Numbered from the stretch's first letter, positions 12,775 to 26,665 are shown. The stretch is DNA of 64,000 nucleotides from Octopus vulgaris (GCA_951406725.2 OX597814.1:157356001-157420000), one strand, 5' to 3'. Program-made: numbers and translations. Notes: generated by a model from the sequence alone, not told the origin.

Positions 12775-15545
12775 TTCTTTATTAGGCACAAAGGCCCGAA
12801 ACACAGAGTGGACGGCACAAGGACAGACAGAACAATACAAGTGTGGACAAAACAAGAAACGGATGAAAGAAAAAATTATATGAAAAATGAAAGTGAAATG
12901 GCCACTCGAGTCCCACTTTCGGGTGGTTACATTTAACTGGGTTTTTTTTCAGTTTTTTTTTTTTAATATCAAACTTTCATCAATAAAAATTGTACTTAAT
13001 ATATTTACTAGTTCAGGTGCTGTATTGTCTTTGTAATCTACGACTGGAGGTAGGGTTCTGTTTCCACCTCCTCTCCTAACGGGTCAATTAGTGAACCAAA
13101 TATTTATCTTAATTTTGTGTATTTTTCTCTGTCTATTTATATACATATATGTATTCCGGTTTCGCCTCAGCCAGAAATTACACTCTGATTACCTAATTAA
13201 TCTTGGTAATCATGCGTTCGATTGACGTGCTTTTGGCGTATGTCATAATGTGAGCCATGTGACTTAGGGGGTTTTGAGGGTCTGTGTGTTTTGTTTGTCT
13301 GCATTTAGGTCTGTATTAATACATGGGCTACTGAGGCAGTATTTCTTCCGTTATCACATTTAATTCTTCTTGGCTGACTTGGACCACCTTTTCCAGTCCA
13401 TAACTCCAACAATTTCAACAATTTCACTTCTTAGTTCTTGTGACATGCAATATTTTGATTTCTTCCGTTTCATAAGTTATGGCTACTACCAACCATGCTT
13501 CCTCTATTTCTGGCGGTATCCTGCCAACCTTAATTCTCACGACTCTTTTGACGCAGTAGGTTGGCAGGAACGCCCATTCCTGTGATCTCAGTGGTACAGT
13601 GGAGTGATTGATTGCCTCTTCTTCCGTGGTAAACCTCACCTGCACTTTGCCGTACTTTCTTCCTCTGGTATAGCAGATGGTTACAATTTTGTCATTTTCT
13701 AGGCATATTTCTATAGCCTCCTCCGTCACTATCTCAATTTTCTTGCTGGATAAGGACAGCGTTCTGTAGCACACTGTCCTCCTGGTACTATTGGTCATTT
13801 CTTCTTGAGCAGCTCCCAGTGATTTCCAATCTTCTGGAGGTCTATTACTACCTCTCGCAGTAGTCATTTCGCTTTCTTTTTTATTTTATATTAAAAACTT
13901 GCTTACTTGTTTTACCAGTATATATACGGTTTCAAATCGTCATAGTCCACGACTAGAGGTGGTTCATCATATGCCACCTCCACTCGTAACGGGTCTATGT
14001 TTTTCCAGAATCATTCCTTTAATTTAGCATATCTTTCCTTGTCTATTAGTATACGTTTAGTGTTTTCTGTATATTCTTCAACCGATAATTTCACTCTAAT
14101 CACCGATTTGAACTTGGTGATTTTTCGTTCAATTGCCGTGCTTTTTTGTGTATGTCACAATAAGCGCTTTGTTTTTTCGGGTCCTTTTCAAGGACTGTGT
14201 GCTATGCTTGTCTGTTTGTCTACAAAGTGAACTCGGACTATCTGGGGTGGTTTCCTTTTTTTTATTGATGTTACTGGTGGTGATATTTGCTGTGTGAGTG
14301 TCTAGTGTATCGTGTGTTTGCTGTACAATGTCTTCTGTGTTACTATTTTTCTTTTTCTTTCTTTAACATTTAGTGGGATGTATTCACTGTGTCCTTTCTC
14401 ATTATTTTGGGTACTTCTGTAAATACCTCTTCTTCTCTATCCTCCGTACACTTCTCCTGTGCGGGGCTTGTCATTTCGGTACTCCGACTTTATTCATACA
14501 GGTTTTCTCTAGTTTCATTGTTTATCCGGGGGCACTTTTTTATGTGCCCCTTCCGTCTACATCCGTAGCAAGTGGGGGGTCGCTCCTCCACTGAAACATT
14601 TAGTTTTCCCTCATCTGGGAGTTCAATTACTTTCTGGAATCTCGTTCATATCCGCCAAAGTTATGTGAACCAGCAACTCAAGGCCGTGTCTTCAGCAGTT
14701 TAGTTTCTGCGTTCTTGTAGCTGACCCTATGCTGAGCTCTTCTTTTGTAGTGGATAGGACTGCCGCCGCTATCCATTTCTTCTTCATTTCCGGAGGAATC
14801 CTACCAACCCTTACTCTGTTTATTCTTCTACCCAAGTAAGTTGGCAGGAGCTTCCATTCCTCATTTCCAATAGGTACAGTGAAGTTCTTACTGCTTCTTC
14901 TGTTGAGATGAATCTTACCTCCACTGTACCGAATTTCTTTCCACGAGTGTAAGAAGTTGCTTTGTCCTTAATACACTGCAGACAACTTTCGATATGTTCC
15001 TCTTTCGCTACTTCCATTGTTCATTCTTTCGTGTTGAGTGAGCTGTAAATAACAGTTTTCATTTCCACTTCTACTAACAAGTCTTGAGGAGAAGTCAGCT
15101 TTATTTGCCTCCCTCCTTTTCGGTAAACTTCTTACATTTTCGCAGTTTATCAATAGGTACATTCATTTGACCGGCTACTGCTGCGTAGCTTCCACTTTTC
15201 TCTGCACCTGGCATCTCCACCTCCATTTCTCGTGCAGGTAGAGAAGCAACAAAAAATACAAGCTTGCTTAACAAGCTATGTGTTTAAATTACATTAAAAA
15301 TTCGTCAAACAATTCCACAAAGTAACAATTTTTACAAACAACAGTTCAAAGATTCAACAGTTCCAAATTAACACCAACCTGGGTCGAAGCCGAAATTCCA
15401 ATAAATTGTATACAAGATCTAAGAACTTTGGGACAAATTGGCCAACAATTGGAATTAAACTTGGGACGGAGCAATAGAATGAATGCATTACAAAATTAAT
15501 TCTCATCCGTCTTTAAACTCCGATCGAACACCACCGAGGCTTATA
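12775..15545 (-). mobile_element. Tx1/L1-like non-LTR element with two tandem ORF1-like units and no visible ORF2
   Basis: 13424-13867 (YTRGRKYGKVQVRF..VRIKVGRIPPEIEE) is homologous to 14820-15017 (YTRGKKFGTVEVRF). A CCHC-like knuckle TCYGCRRKGHIKKCP lies at about 14530-14575. The 3' end is U-rich with AATAAA at about 12780. Confidence 0.6.
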
Positions 15546-16655
15546 GTCATTATAGTCGTATCATAGTCAATTTCCCTCCCCCTCTCACTCTCTCTCACTT
15601 TCTTTCTATCTCTCTCTCTCTCACTTTCTTTCTCTCTCTCTCTCTCTCTCACTCTTTAGTCGTGGCTCGCAGACCCAGTTAGCCCTTGGCAAAAGCTACC
15701 TTAAAAGTCCGCACGGAGTACGGCTTTCAAGCTAGTGCTTCTTGCGGATTAGTTACGATCCTAGCTCCTTGTATCCTGTGATTGTAGTCACGATATGATC
15801 AATGGAGACGTACGTACGTTTAGCTATGATGATTTTGTTTTTTCACTGATATTTGTTTTTCAAAATAGACAATAAGTTTAGTCAGAATTAATTTAAAGCT
15901 GTTCACAGCCTGGGTAATCTTTCCTTTTAGGTAGTTTTTAACTTTACACTTGTAATTAATCGTACACATTTAGTGCTGTTTTCTGTGTGAATTGTTTAGA
16001 AAAGTTACTTCGTTTTTTCTATGTATCGAACGTTACAGAACCGTGTTTCTATAAATATGTTAAAATGTATATAGCCATTTATGTAGCCATTAATGTTAGA
16101 AAGGTTACTGCTTTAAGCTTTAATGATGCAATAACCTGTTCATAAATATACACGTTCATAAAGAGGTGAAAACTATCAAAATAGGTGAGTTTAGCACCAG
16201 CTCTTAATCATGCATTTTTAATGTCGTCTGGTCACACTGTCTTGCATTTTGATGAATAAAGAAACTTTTAGAGCTGTTAAATATGTTGGGGGGAGGTTGA
16301 GAGAGTGCTGAAGAAAAGTAAATTTTAGAAAGAGATTTATTGTGCATGCAAAAGCAAGACTAGAGTGGAAGTGTCTATAAATTCTATTGGTGTTACTGTT
16401 GGTGATATTTGCTGTGTGAGTGTCTAGTGTCTGTTTTACTATTCTTCTTTTTCTGTTTTTGACTTTTAGTGGGATATATTCACTGTTTCCTTTCTCTTTC
16501 TTTTGGGTACTTCTTTCAACTGAGGTGCACTTGGTAAGAGACGATATTTCTAAGTCAGTTAATGGTTGATAGCGACCTGAAATTAGAATAAGCTATTACT
16601 TTACCGCATGATCTAACAGAAGAAACATATTTCTCTTGCCCACCTATATATATAG

Positions 16656-16832
16656 CTGATTGTCCTACATCAGCCGGCTATACTTACCAACCAGAATTGA
16701 GATTGTGTTATCAAATAGGTTCAACGAAAATTTCATGGAATGAAGCTGCAGACAATTGCAATAAGGATCGAGGACAACTTATTCACATTAGAAATTTAGA
16801 AGTAATGAACTATCTAATATCAGTATCAAAGT
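16656..16832 (+). CDS. C-type lectin domain protein, copy 1, exon A (N-terminal half of CTLD)
   Basis: AG|CT GAT TGT... reads DCPTSAGYTYQPELRLCYQIGSTKISWNEAADNCNKDRGQLIHIRNLEVMNYLISVSK, then T|GTGAGT. 177 nt, phase 1/1. Not in the ORF track. Confidence 0.88.
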
Positions 16833-19418
16833 GTGAGTAGCAATTTACTATTTTATACATACTCATTCACACACAAAAACGGTCTCTCCCTTTATCTTTC
16901 TCCCTCTTTCTCTCTCTTTCTCTTTCTCCCTCTCTCTCTCTCCCTCTTTCTCTCTCTATCTCTCTCCACACACACATACAAATGTAACCAAAATATAGAT
17001 CTAATATCATAAACTATAACTGTATAATAATATTTTCATTTAAAATTTTATACCATTTTGCAAATTACATTCCGTTTTACTTCTAATTTTTCTCTTATTT
17101 TTACTTTCTACTCTGATTATTTCTTTTTCGATGAGAAAATACACCAAGTTTTGATAAGATATCGAATGCAATCATTTAATTTCATATATGTGTTTTAAAG
17201 AATTGTCATTTATTGTCAATGAGTTTCAAAAGAAAATAACTTTGCCAGTTCAAAAATACTTCAGTTATGATTTATTTCAGATTTTATTCTGTTTGTTACA
17301 TATTCAAATTCGAGTAGAATGTTGAGACAATGGAAATATTTTGTTATAAATGGTATTGTTATAAATTGTTGGAGATTTTACAGAATGTAATTTCTTTTCA
17401 ACCAATGTTTTCGTATTATGGAACATCTTTTGGACTACACGTTCTTCAATATTAATAACGACAGTTGTCATGACGGTTTAGATCATTGAATTACCTTATT
17501 GCAGGAACATTACTGACAATATAAACATAGTCTCAACGAAATGGATCCCTTTATGAATTTTGATTTTGGTTTTAATCGACATAGCGCCAATGCGTATAGT
17601 AAAACTTTAGTGTCGATTTAATTGATCAGCGAAGTCATAAGAAGCATCCCTTCAAATTTAAATAATATGAATGTTTAATTCTCTTCAGTAGTGAATTCAT
17701 ATGCAAAGAGACTAAATAAATAATTTACCTACCATATTAGTTAGTTCAACTCTCTTCATTGTAAATAATTAGTTATAAATATGAGGAAAAGGTAAAGGTT
17801 CTCAAGCCACAAAGATCGATAAACAGATTTCAGCATCTACGTTAATAACAAGAATATAATTTATATTAATATATACGGCAGGTTATGATTCATCGAAGAC
17901 CTCGTAATGATTTCTAACAGGCACAAAACCTAAAATTTGAGGCGAGTCTATTACATTGATAGCGGAGAAATATATGGTGAAGTTGAACTGGGCGGGATAT
18001 AAATTCACAACGTAAAAAGCCATTAACAATTTATGTCTTAGCTTAATACTCTATGAAACTATCAAAAGAAAGAAAAAAGAACAATTAGAAATAAAATTAT
18101 AACAGTAAATGCTTGTTGTTAACTTTGGGGTTTAAGAATCCTAACATTCGTACTTATATTTCTCTGGGGTAATATATCTGGTAAAAGATCATGAGCAAAT
18201 TAACTTTCCATTCTCTGGCTCTTTTGTATGTAATCCCATAAGATTGTTTAATACAATACTTCTCGGAACATCAGTGTTGTTCGACCTTCTAGAAACAACA
18301 GTTAAATTATCTTTAAATCGCACCTACAGTCACGAGAAAATAACGACATATAAGGCCTCGTGCACGTAGTTATGCACAAAAAGACTGGTGTCAAGAATGA
18401 GGTGCCTTTCATATGAAGTCTCCTTCTTGTTTAGAACAACCCGAAGTTATACAAAACCAACTACTACTACTACAACAACCAATACTGCTGCTACCATTAC
18501 TGCTACAGTTGTTTTTGCTAGCTCTTTCATTATAATAACCTCTTATATGAACAATGAGAAAATCGTATTGGTCTAAGATATTAAATGAATCTTCTTTTAC
18601 CCATGTAAATTTTGTATACATAATGGCTCTATCTATTTCGATAAGCCAGTAAATTCCGGCTTCCTAGATATACTGATTTCTGTTATTTACTCAAAGCACA
18701 AAGATTTGGGGAGCAAAGTCGATTAAATCGACTCTGACGGAACACTTATTTCATCAGATAACACTCTTCCGGCAAAATCTGATTGCAGCATTCCTAAGCC
18801 GACTTTATTTCATTTCTAGTTTGCAAATAGCCGTATTTTCGATACAATAGTTATAAGACTAAGACAGTGTAACTGTAGTTCAATTGCTGAAACCAGTATA
18901 CATGAATGTTAAGATTGCTAGTTTTATTTTAATTGAAACAAGTTGTTAAGTTTATATTTGTATCAGAAACGTGGAAATATGCTTTAGCCAATTATGCCGT
19001 TTTTCAAACTTTTCCAAATCTAAGCACACTGAATTAGGTTAAGTAAGTTCGTCCGTTAGATTTTGAAATGGTAGGTACGAATGTTCGCATGACCGTTTTA
19101 AAACGAGAATCGTGATCCCAATGCATTTTGCCTACCTTCAAAATATTTTGTAATTTTAAGACTAAATACATACATATATACATACATGTAATTTTAAGAT
19201 CTAAAACTTTGGCGCATACCAGGGTATCATATGCAAATTCTCGGTGAGCTACGGCTCTGTGTGTGAAAATATCTATGCTGAGTGACCTTTCAACTTACGA
19301 GAGACGGCAATCAACCGTTTCTCGAATAACAGAATACAGTCAAAGATACACTCTCAACACAAATAATGCGGAATTCCATGACTTATCAGTGCTAAACAGG
19401 GACTAAACAATAACAGCA

Positions 19419-19488
<70 letters not shown>

Positions 19489-19598
19489 TTGCAGCAAGAC
19501 AACATATTGGTCAAACATACATCGCATTGTAAACAAGTTCCAACAAGCCGATTATTAATCAATATATATAATTTTTTTCTTTTTGCCTTTATTTTCAG

Positions 19599-19843
19599 GT
19601 CCAGAATGGGATACATCTTGCCATTTCTATATTGGATTGTGCAGAGATCTTAATAAGAATATCTTGGTATGGCAGAATGGAGAAGCACAAACTTATAATT
19701 TCTGGTCAGAGGATAATCCCTCCAATGATGGTGGCATCGAAAACTTTGTAGTCTTCTTACCATACCACAATTACCAATGGAATGATGTTTCTTGTAAAAA
19801 ACTGGGGACTGGGAGACAAATATGTGAGATAGTTGTACGATAA
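19599..19843 (+). CDS. C-type lectin domain protein, copy 1, terminal exon B
   Basis: Polypyrimidine tract TTTTCAG|GT in frame with exon A: FYIGLCRD..VWQNGE..YNFWSEDNPSNDGGIENFVV..QWNDVSC..RQICEIVVR*. Confidence 0.88.
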
Positions 19844-19876
19844 ATGTGGCTGAAACAACCGTAATTACACACACAC

Positions 19877-20609
19877 CGTTGGTTATGGTTAGTTAGAATG
19901 TTACCATTGATTTTACGTCTATTATTGCTCTTAGCAATAGTGACATCACACTAGGCTGGAGGCACATTACCTCCTTACTAATGGAGATATTTTACTCAAT
20001 CTGGGTAGTGAAAATTACACATTAACGAAATGCTGGGTAGGAAAGAAACCTTCTGGGTGAGGTGGAGTTATCTTCCATTGATTGGTTTCATTTGTGTCCA
20101 GAAGCGGTCAGTTTACGTAAGAATTCCGTCCACTAGTCAGCAGACGAGGAATTCCATGTCTTCAACGTAAATGTTCTCACATGAGGGCACTGGCTAAACA
20201 TTTCGCTTCTGGAATTGAAGAAAATTCTCTTGACCAAAAATTTCCAAATGTTAGATATTTAGCTGGGGTCCACATCAGAAAAAATTCATGCTGGAGACCT
20301 GGAATTCTCCGCTTGCTAATTCGTGAACGGAAATAGTGCATAAAGTAACATTGTACGGACACAAATGGAACTTGTTAAAGGGAGATAAATCCATCTCAGC
20401 CAAAACGGAATTTTGTATCGAAGAATTTCGTTTCAGAGTCATTTCTTTTTCTTTTTTCCCATGACTGGATGACTAAGTGTGTGTTTTACTGCCACTTGGA
20501 AAGAGGTTCTGTGGCTCCAACAAGCAAGTTTTATAAGTCATCTATATTGCTCAGAGAAACAATAGACCTGAAACCACTAATAATAATCGGACTGACCATA
20601 ATCAACGAC
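19877..20609. repeat. Old diverged palindrome of about 730 bp just downstream of the lectin copy 1 stop
   Basis: GAGGTGGAGTTATCTTCC..CATTTGTGTCC..GAATTCCATGTCTTCAAC (20058-20167) pairs with 20289-20398. Outer arms 19877-19940 pair with 20542-20609. A homologue is at 59043-59737. Confidence 0.75.
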
Positions 20610-20848
20610 TACACTAAATATTACCGCCCAAAAATATTTTAGTGTGCCACTTTTTGGGGGACTAATGAATAGGTGACTGTTTATACACACACACACGCAC
20701 CACACGCACGGACACACATACACCTATATACATATATCAACACTTTAAATATCTATATCATTTGTATTCTGTGTAAGTCGGACTATTTTACATGTATTAC
20801 ATATACACATTTTTGTATTTATTGTATGTAATAATATTGATTTCTATT

Positions 20849-20924
<76 letters not shown>

Positions 20925-21352
20925 TATATACGAAAAATATATAGTCTAATGACTAACTCGTCTTTTGTGCTAGGCCACTGGTAATAATAATTCATTTTAT
21001 TACCCTATTTGATTATGTTTAAATATTGCTTGATAAATTTGTTTGTAAATCTTTTACCTGCATCCTCTCTGTTCGCCGGGTATGGCTTGCGTCTGCGCAG
21101 GGTTTGAAAAGTTAGGATATACAAACCGTTAGTTCTACATGTGCTTCTAACAGTCTGTGCGTCTAGGATTACGAAGGCTTCCCACTGAAGAACCTGGCCT
21201 GGCAAATATATTCTGTGTATTTGCTAAAAATAGGTAGAACCCGTTCGGTCTGGAATATAGCTGAGATGGTAAATGTTTTTAATTTTCATTCCTTTCAGGA
21301 ATTTATCCCTTTTTGTGTTTCTAGCCCTACGCTTCCTTATTTGGAAGCCTTT

Positions 21353-21395
<43 letters not shown>

Positions 21396-21542
21396 TAGAT
21401 AGATGTATGTATGTATATATTTATGTATGTATATATATATATATATTTATGTACATATATATATATATATATATATGTATGTATATATATTTATATATGT
21501 ATGTGTGTATATGTATATATAAAGATGTATATATATATATAA

Positions 21543-21581
<39 letters not shown>

Positions 21582-22193
21582 TTCAAAGGGGTTTTTGAAT
21601 GAATAAGACGCTTTGAATGAACAGCACATGAAATTTATGTCTCAACTCTATATCTTTGTAATAATATATGATCTGTCGGAATCTACATACCATGGACAAG
21701 AAGCATTGCTACCCATTCTACACAGCACATTCCTAGGATAAGCGAACTTCAACAGTAATATCCTACATATATTTTTATTCTCTTTATACTTACTATATCC
21801 CTTTATACTTCCAATATCCATCCTTTTCCAAAATAACTCCTTAAACAGAACAATACTATTTCACTCTAGTTGAATTTCTCTAATGCAGGGATATCCCTAA
21901 TATCCCAGAAACAGCTGTAACAAAAACTTTCTTTTTATACATGCCCTATAAATTCCACACAACCTAGGTTTACTTGTCTCATTTTATTTCACATATGTAT
22001 GCTTACACAAGACCCGCATTGGACACATCACTCGTATCATTATCGAACCGAGAGTTCTCACGAAGTACTACGGTCCTTCCGTAGCACTTACGTAAACTTA
22101 GCCGCCATCTTCGGACTTCTGGATACTAATACCTCCTATATATTAAATTTATATGTGTGTGCATGTATGTGTGTGTATCTATAAATATATATA

Positions 22194-22246
<53 letters not shown>

Positions 22247-22257
22247 TCATATATATT

Positions 22258-22290
<33 letters not shown>

Positions 22291-22295
22291 TCATA

Positions 22296-22341
<46 letters not shown>

Positions 22342-22369
22342 ATAATAATAATAATAATGATAATAATAT

Positions 22370-22945
22370 GAGGGAATATTATTCCAAACTTACATGGAAA
22401 AATTCAATTTAGGCATACTAAATCAAATTTCACAAAATATAATATATATATATATTAGAAAGAAACACCTTTTATCAAATCAGTACTGAAAAAATTAAAT
22501 TATGCCATTTAGAAAAAAATTACATCCTACACAAAGATTAAATATAAGATAAAACATATACCAATGATTAAGAAATGTGCAAAATAATAATAATAATCGT
22601 TATAATTAAAACGTGTATATTTGGTAGAATAACTACACGTGTTTCGTGGTTATATTTAAGAAATGATAATAGTAAAATCAATTCAATATAAATATAGTCA
22701 CTCTTCAGGTTAAAGATAAAAACAATAAAATAATTAATTAGATGAACTAATAAATATACGTATATCATCTTGTAAAATACGAAATATCTTAACACATACA
22801 TCCTTGGGTAAACAAAAAATATAATAATAGGTATAAATATTTATTACATCTATAAACTAAAATTTTACCATATATAAGAAAAGAAGAAACTATAATATAT
22901 CATTACTACAAAATAAAATTCAATTAATTAAATTATTTAAAACAA

Positions 22946-22989
<44 letters not shown>

Positions 22990-23740
22990 CAAAATATACA
23001 TTAAGTGAAAACTAAATACTATAATCTAAGCGATATATAATAACTTATATTATTATTAATTTATTTAGTTATTTAATAAACATCTAAATATAATCTTATT
23101 CTCATTAAGTAATGTATACTAAAATATTTAATCTTAAGTAATATACAGAATGCTAGTACACGCTATAAATATATCAATTAAAAATAGAAAATGATTCAAA
23201 TATATACACACCTATTATATAAACTAACTATATTATTAATATATATATATAGTATCTATAGATGTAATATTTTACTTAATTATATAGTTGACCAAAATGT
23301 CAATTAATATTAATCTTATTTACTTAAATGTAATACTACGTAATATATAGCCCACCTAACTATTAAATAATATATTGTCTTTCAAAACCATTTCTCAAAT
23401 TAAATTATATATAATACGTTAAATCACGTTATAAAATTAATAATAAACATAATAAATATATATACTTATCGTAACTAATAATTATCAAGAAATTATATAT
23501 AAATTAATATTTTAAAAACAATAATAATAATAATAATCAAACATAATACAATTCAAAAGTTAAATAATATTGTTTAATAAAAAACGTTATTTATCTTGTC
23601 GATAAATATTATATAACTGAATTTTAAACGTAAATATGTAGGTTTTAACGTTTATAAGAAATTAAACTCGTGAAGACGTTGTGTAAAATGTTTGAATAAA
23701 ATTATCAATAAAAATGACGAAATATATTTATTAATGAAAA
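22370..23740 (-). mobile_element. Solo pLTR/3' region of the Naiad family at 51137-55740
   Basis: 22370-22720 is the reverse complement of about 55380-55730, including the hammerhead. Confidence 0.75.
22630..22712 (-). ncRNA. Type I hammerhead ribozyme with extended stem II
   Basis: UAAC-CUGAAGA-GUGACUAUAUUU...AAAUAUAACCAC-GAAA-CACGUG-UA-GUUA. Confidence 0.85.
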
Positions 23741-23787
23741 AGATAAAAAATATTTAAGCTGCAAGAATTAAAGAAAAATAGAATATA

Positions 23788-23855
<68 letters not shown>

Positions 23856-23917
23856 TATATATATATACATATATATATTCATATATGTATATATATATAT
23901 GTATATATATATATATA

Positions 23918-24375
23918 CCGTGTGGAAAATATACCGCCAACTTTGCCCAAACGACCTAAACATTAGATTCAAGGTCCATCCAAGACTTGGACCACGGGCT
24001 ATACGTCCCCTGCCAAATTCAAGATCACAACATACATGTACACTGCAACATAATTTCTTTTCCTCAACAGGCCCTGCCCTATTTAACATTGTCCCGAGGG
24101 AGATCAAAGAGGAAAAGGATCCCATCAACTTTAAACAGAGTCTGGATAGATTCCTTCAAAGAATACCAGATAAGCCACCCATAATTGGATACAACTCACC
24201 CAACAAGAACTCACTACTTGAACAAAACTGGATACAACTCACCCAACAAGAACTCACTACTTGAACAAAACTTGACTTAAACAGGATTCGAATAATCCTA
24301 TCAGGTGGTGCTATTAAGTTAGACATGGCCTGGACCAATCTCTGGTCGAAACATATCTAAGTTTATCTAAGTTTA
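23918..24375 (+). mobile_element. CR1/L2-group LINE 3' fragment
   Basis: [47 protein letters not shown]. Close to 30855-31275. Has a ~41 bp internal tandem duplication at about 24187-24271 and an ATCTAAGTTT tandem tail. Confidence 0.88.
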
Positions 24376-24377
24376 TA

Positions 24378-24452
<75 letters not shown>

Positions 24453-24454
24453 AA

Positions 24455-26665
24455 ATTGAAAGCTGGGTTGAAACACAAAACTTTCCTAGTCCTAGTTCTA
24501 CATGAAGCATTACTACTAGCATTAATTTTGTTATACTGGATCTACTCAGAGAATCCACTATTCCGTAATGCGCTATTTTAATAAGGTGCAGCATTTTGTG
24601 GTTCAACCCAGCTTTCATTTTCGTCGTAAAAACGAATATATGTAGGGAATTCTTGAAATTAGTCTGTAGGCATTTTCAACCTGTCCATAAATTTTAAAGA
24701 ATATTTAATAGAATAACACTTAAGATGAGCTATGCTTACTGTTAACCAACACAACAGTAGGATAATTGCTAATAAGCATAGTGCCTATTCTCTTAAAAAT
24801 TGTAATCGCAATGATGGTTCCTCCTGTCTGTTGGAAGAGAAATGTCTGCAGAAAGGAAACGTATATAGAACCAAAGTACAGATGGAAGGCTCACGCGATT
24901 ATAAAACTTATACAGGAGCTTCTGAAAATTCTTTTAAAACCCGATTCTCTCGGAATAAAACGTCCTTTAGGTATCCCGAAAATAGGACGAAGACCAGCCT
25001 GGCGAAATATGTCTGAGAATTAAAAGGCAAAGAAGCTCGACCTTTCAACGTGATATGGAGTATTTTGGATAGAGCTGCACCACACAGGCACCGCGCTCCT
25101 AAATGAACGATCAAGTGCGATTTATGTCTGCTGGAAAAATACTTTATTCTATTCCAGGACAATAATTCTTTAAATCAATAAAGCGAACTCTTAAATTCCT
25201 GCAGACACGCAGCTAAATTTAAAATGTCGACAAGCAATATCCCATATGGATAGCGTATATTTTTGATTCTTGGACTAGTTTTTGATCGCACTGTTGGATT
25301 TGTTTCGTATTATGCATGATTTATTCCGCATCGCAACGATTTTATTTATATGTCTACATATTTCTTAAGGAAAACCTTCGACTGTTATATGCAAATATTA
25401 TTATTTTCTTGGTTAGGATTCTGCTTTTATTATATTTCATCTTATTGTATTTTATGAACCCATTCTAATCGTTAAATTTATAGATAATTCAATGTAAGGT
25501 GTTCTATTTTGCATGTATTTTATCGAAATTTTATTATTATGCACTCAGTAATTTTAAAAAATAATGTTGTTTGTATATACGTCAGGACCTAGACATGATT
25601 TTATGTGAATATTTGTATTGTTGGCATGTACATGTACCCATATGTATGCGCCTGTGTATATGTGTAAGTATGCGTGTATGTTTATACTTATGCACATACA
25701 TACATGGATGTATATGTATGCATGTATTCACTTGAATGTGTGTGGATTTGTTTTTACGTACTTATCTCTATATATTTATATATGTGTTCTTATACGTGTA
25801 TTTACTGCTAATATACACTTTTATATACACAAGTATACGTAATTCTATTTTGTGAACCTTCGTTATGCATATTCAGACTACTTTCTTCCTTTCTTTCCTT
25901 ATTTTTCTCCCCATTCGTTACTTGTATAGAGTCCTGTAACTTTACGCCACCCTTCCCTTCTCTTACTCACTTCTTTAGCTATCTACTGCTTACAAGTTCG
26001 TTACCCTTCCTTTTCTTTTTCTTCACCCTCTCTGTGTTTTACTTGTCTATATGTATACACTAGTGATTGTTGCATGCAGGCAAGATTGCGTATACATATG
26101 TATATGCGCAATTTATTTATGTCTTATGTATATTTTTATGTCTTGCATATATATGTCTGAATACGTACGTTGTCTGTGTACATCTATCTGTGTATTTTGA
26201 TATATATATGTATATTGATGATATAATATGCGTATATACCATTGTGAAATATTTTAATTTTTAATGTATTAATTGTATTAATCGAATTATATTTCATATA
26301 TCATTAATAACAATATGTATTTTCAATCCGCTCTTCGATTTAAGGTTTTCCTCGATTTTTATATTCTATAATTTATATTGAATGCTTTTATTTTGTTTAT
26401 TTTGTTTCTCGCATGATTAAGACCGTTATTTGAAAGGACCTATGAAACAAATCCATTTTTAAAGGTGAATCCTTTAACTAGTTTTGAACATACTGTTACT
26501 TCTGTCCTATTTTAACAAAACTATCCGACGAATGAGAACGGTAAAATCTGAGTAACTGCTTTTGTTATATTTATGCTGCTATTAAATAAAGCATATTACT
26601 CTAACCTCTGGTATTTGAGTGCTCTTTTCCCACCTTGTTTCACATTTACGTGCTTACTCCAATAT
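24455..26665 (+). mobile_element. Naiad-type Penelope-like element, 3' part (GIY-YIG remnant plus pLTR), decayed
   Basis: ILWFNP..KTNICREFLKLV..HF..IFNR, YTGASENSFKTRF, CDLCLLEK, CRHAAKFKM with stops. 26440-26660 matches the reverse complement of 3630-3850. Decayed hammerhead at about 26517-26565. Confidence 0.85.

Noticed and set aside
21005-21350. Penelope-like coding remnant on the minus strand
   Set aside because: Only a vague resemblance to linker motifs; too degenerate to call.
24457-24617. 160 bp MITE with 24 bp TIRs
   Set aside because: The right arm is Naiad coding sequence (ILWFNPAF) that continues into the element, so the left arm is a short 5' inversion.
24732-25252. In-frame TGA codons in the Naiad GIY-YIG as selenocysteine (some Naiads encode selenoproteins)
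   Set aside because: The TGAs align to Trp and Asn of the copy at 5032-5664, not to conserved Cys, and TAA stops are also present. This is ordinary decay.
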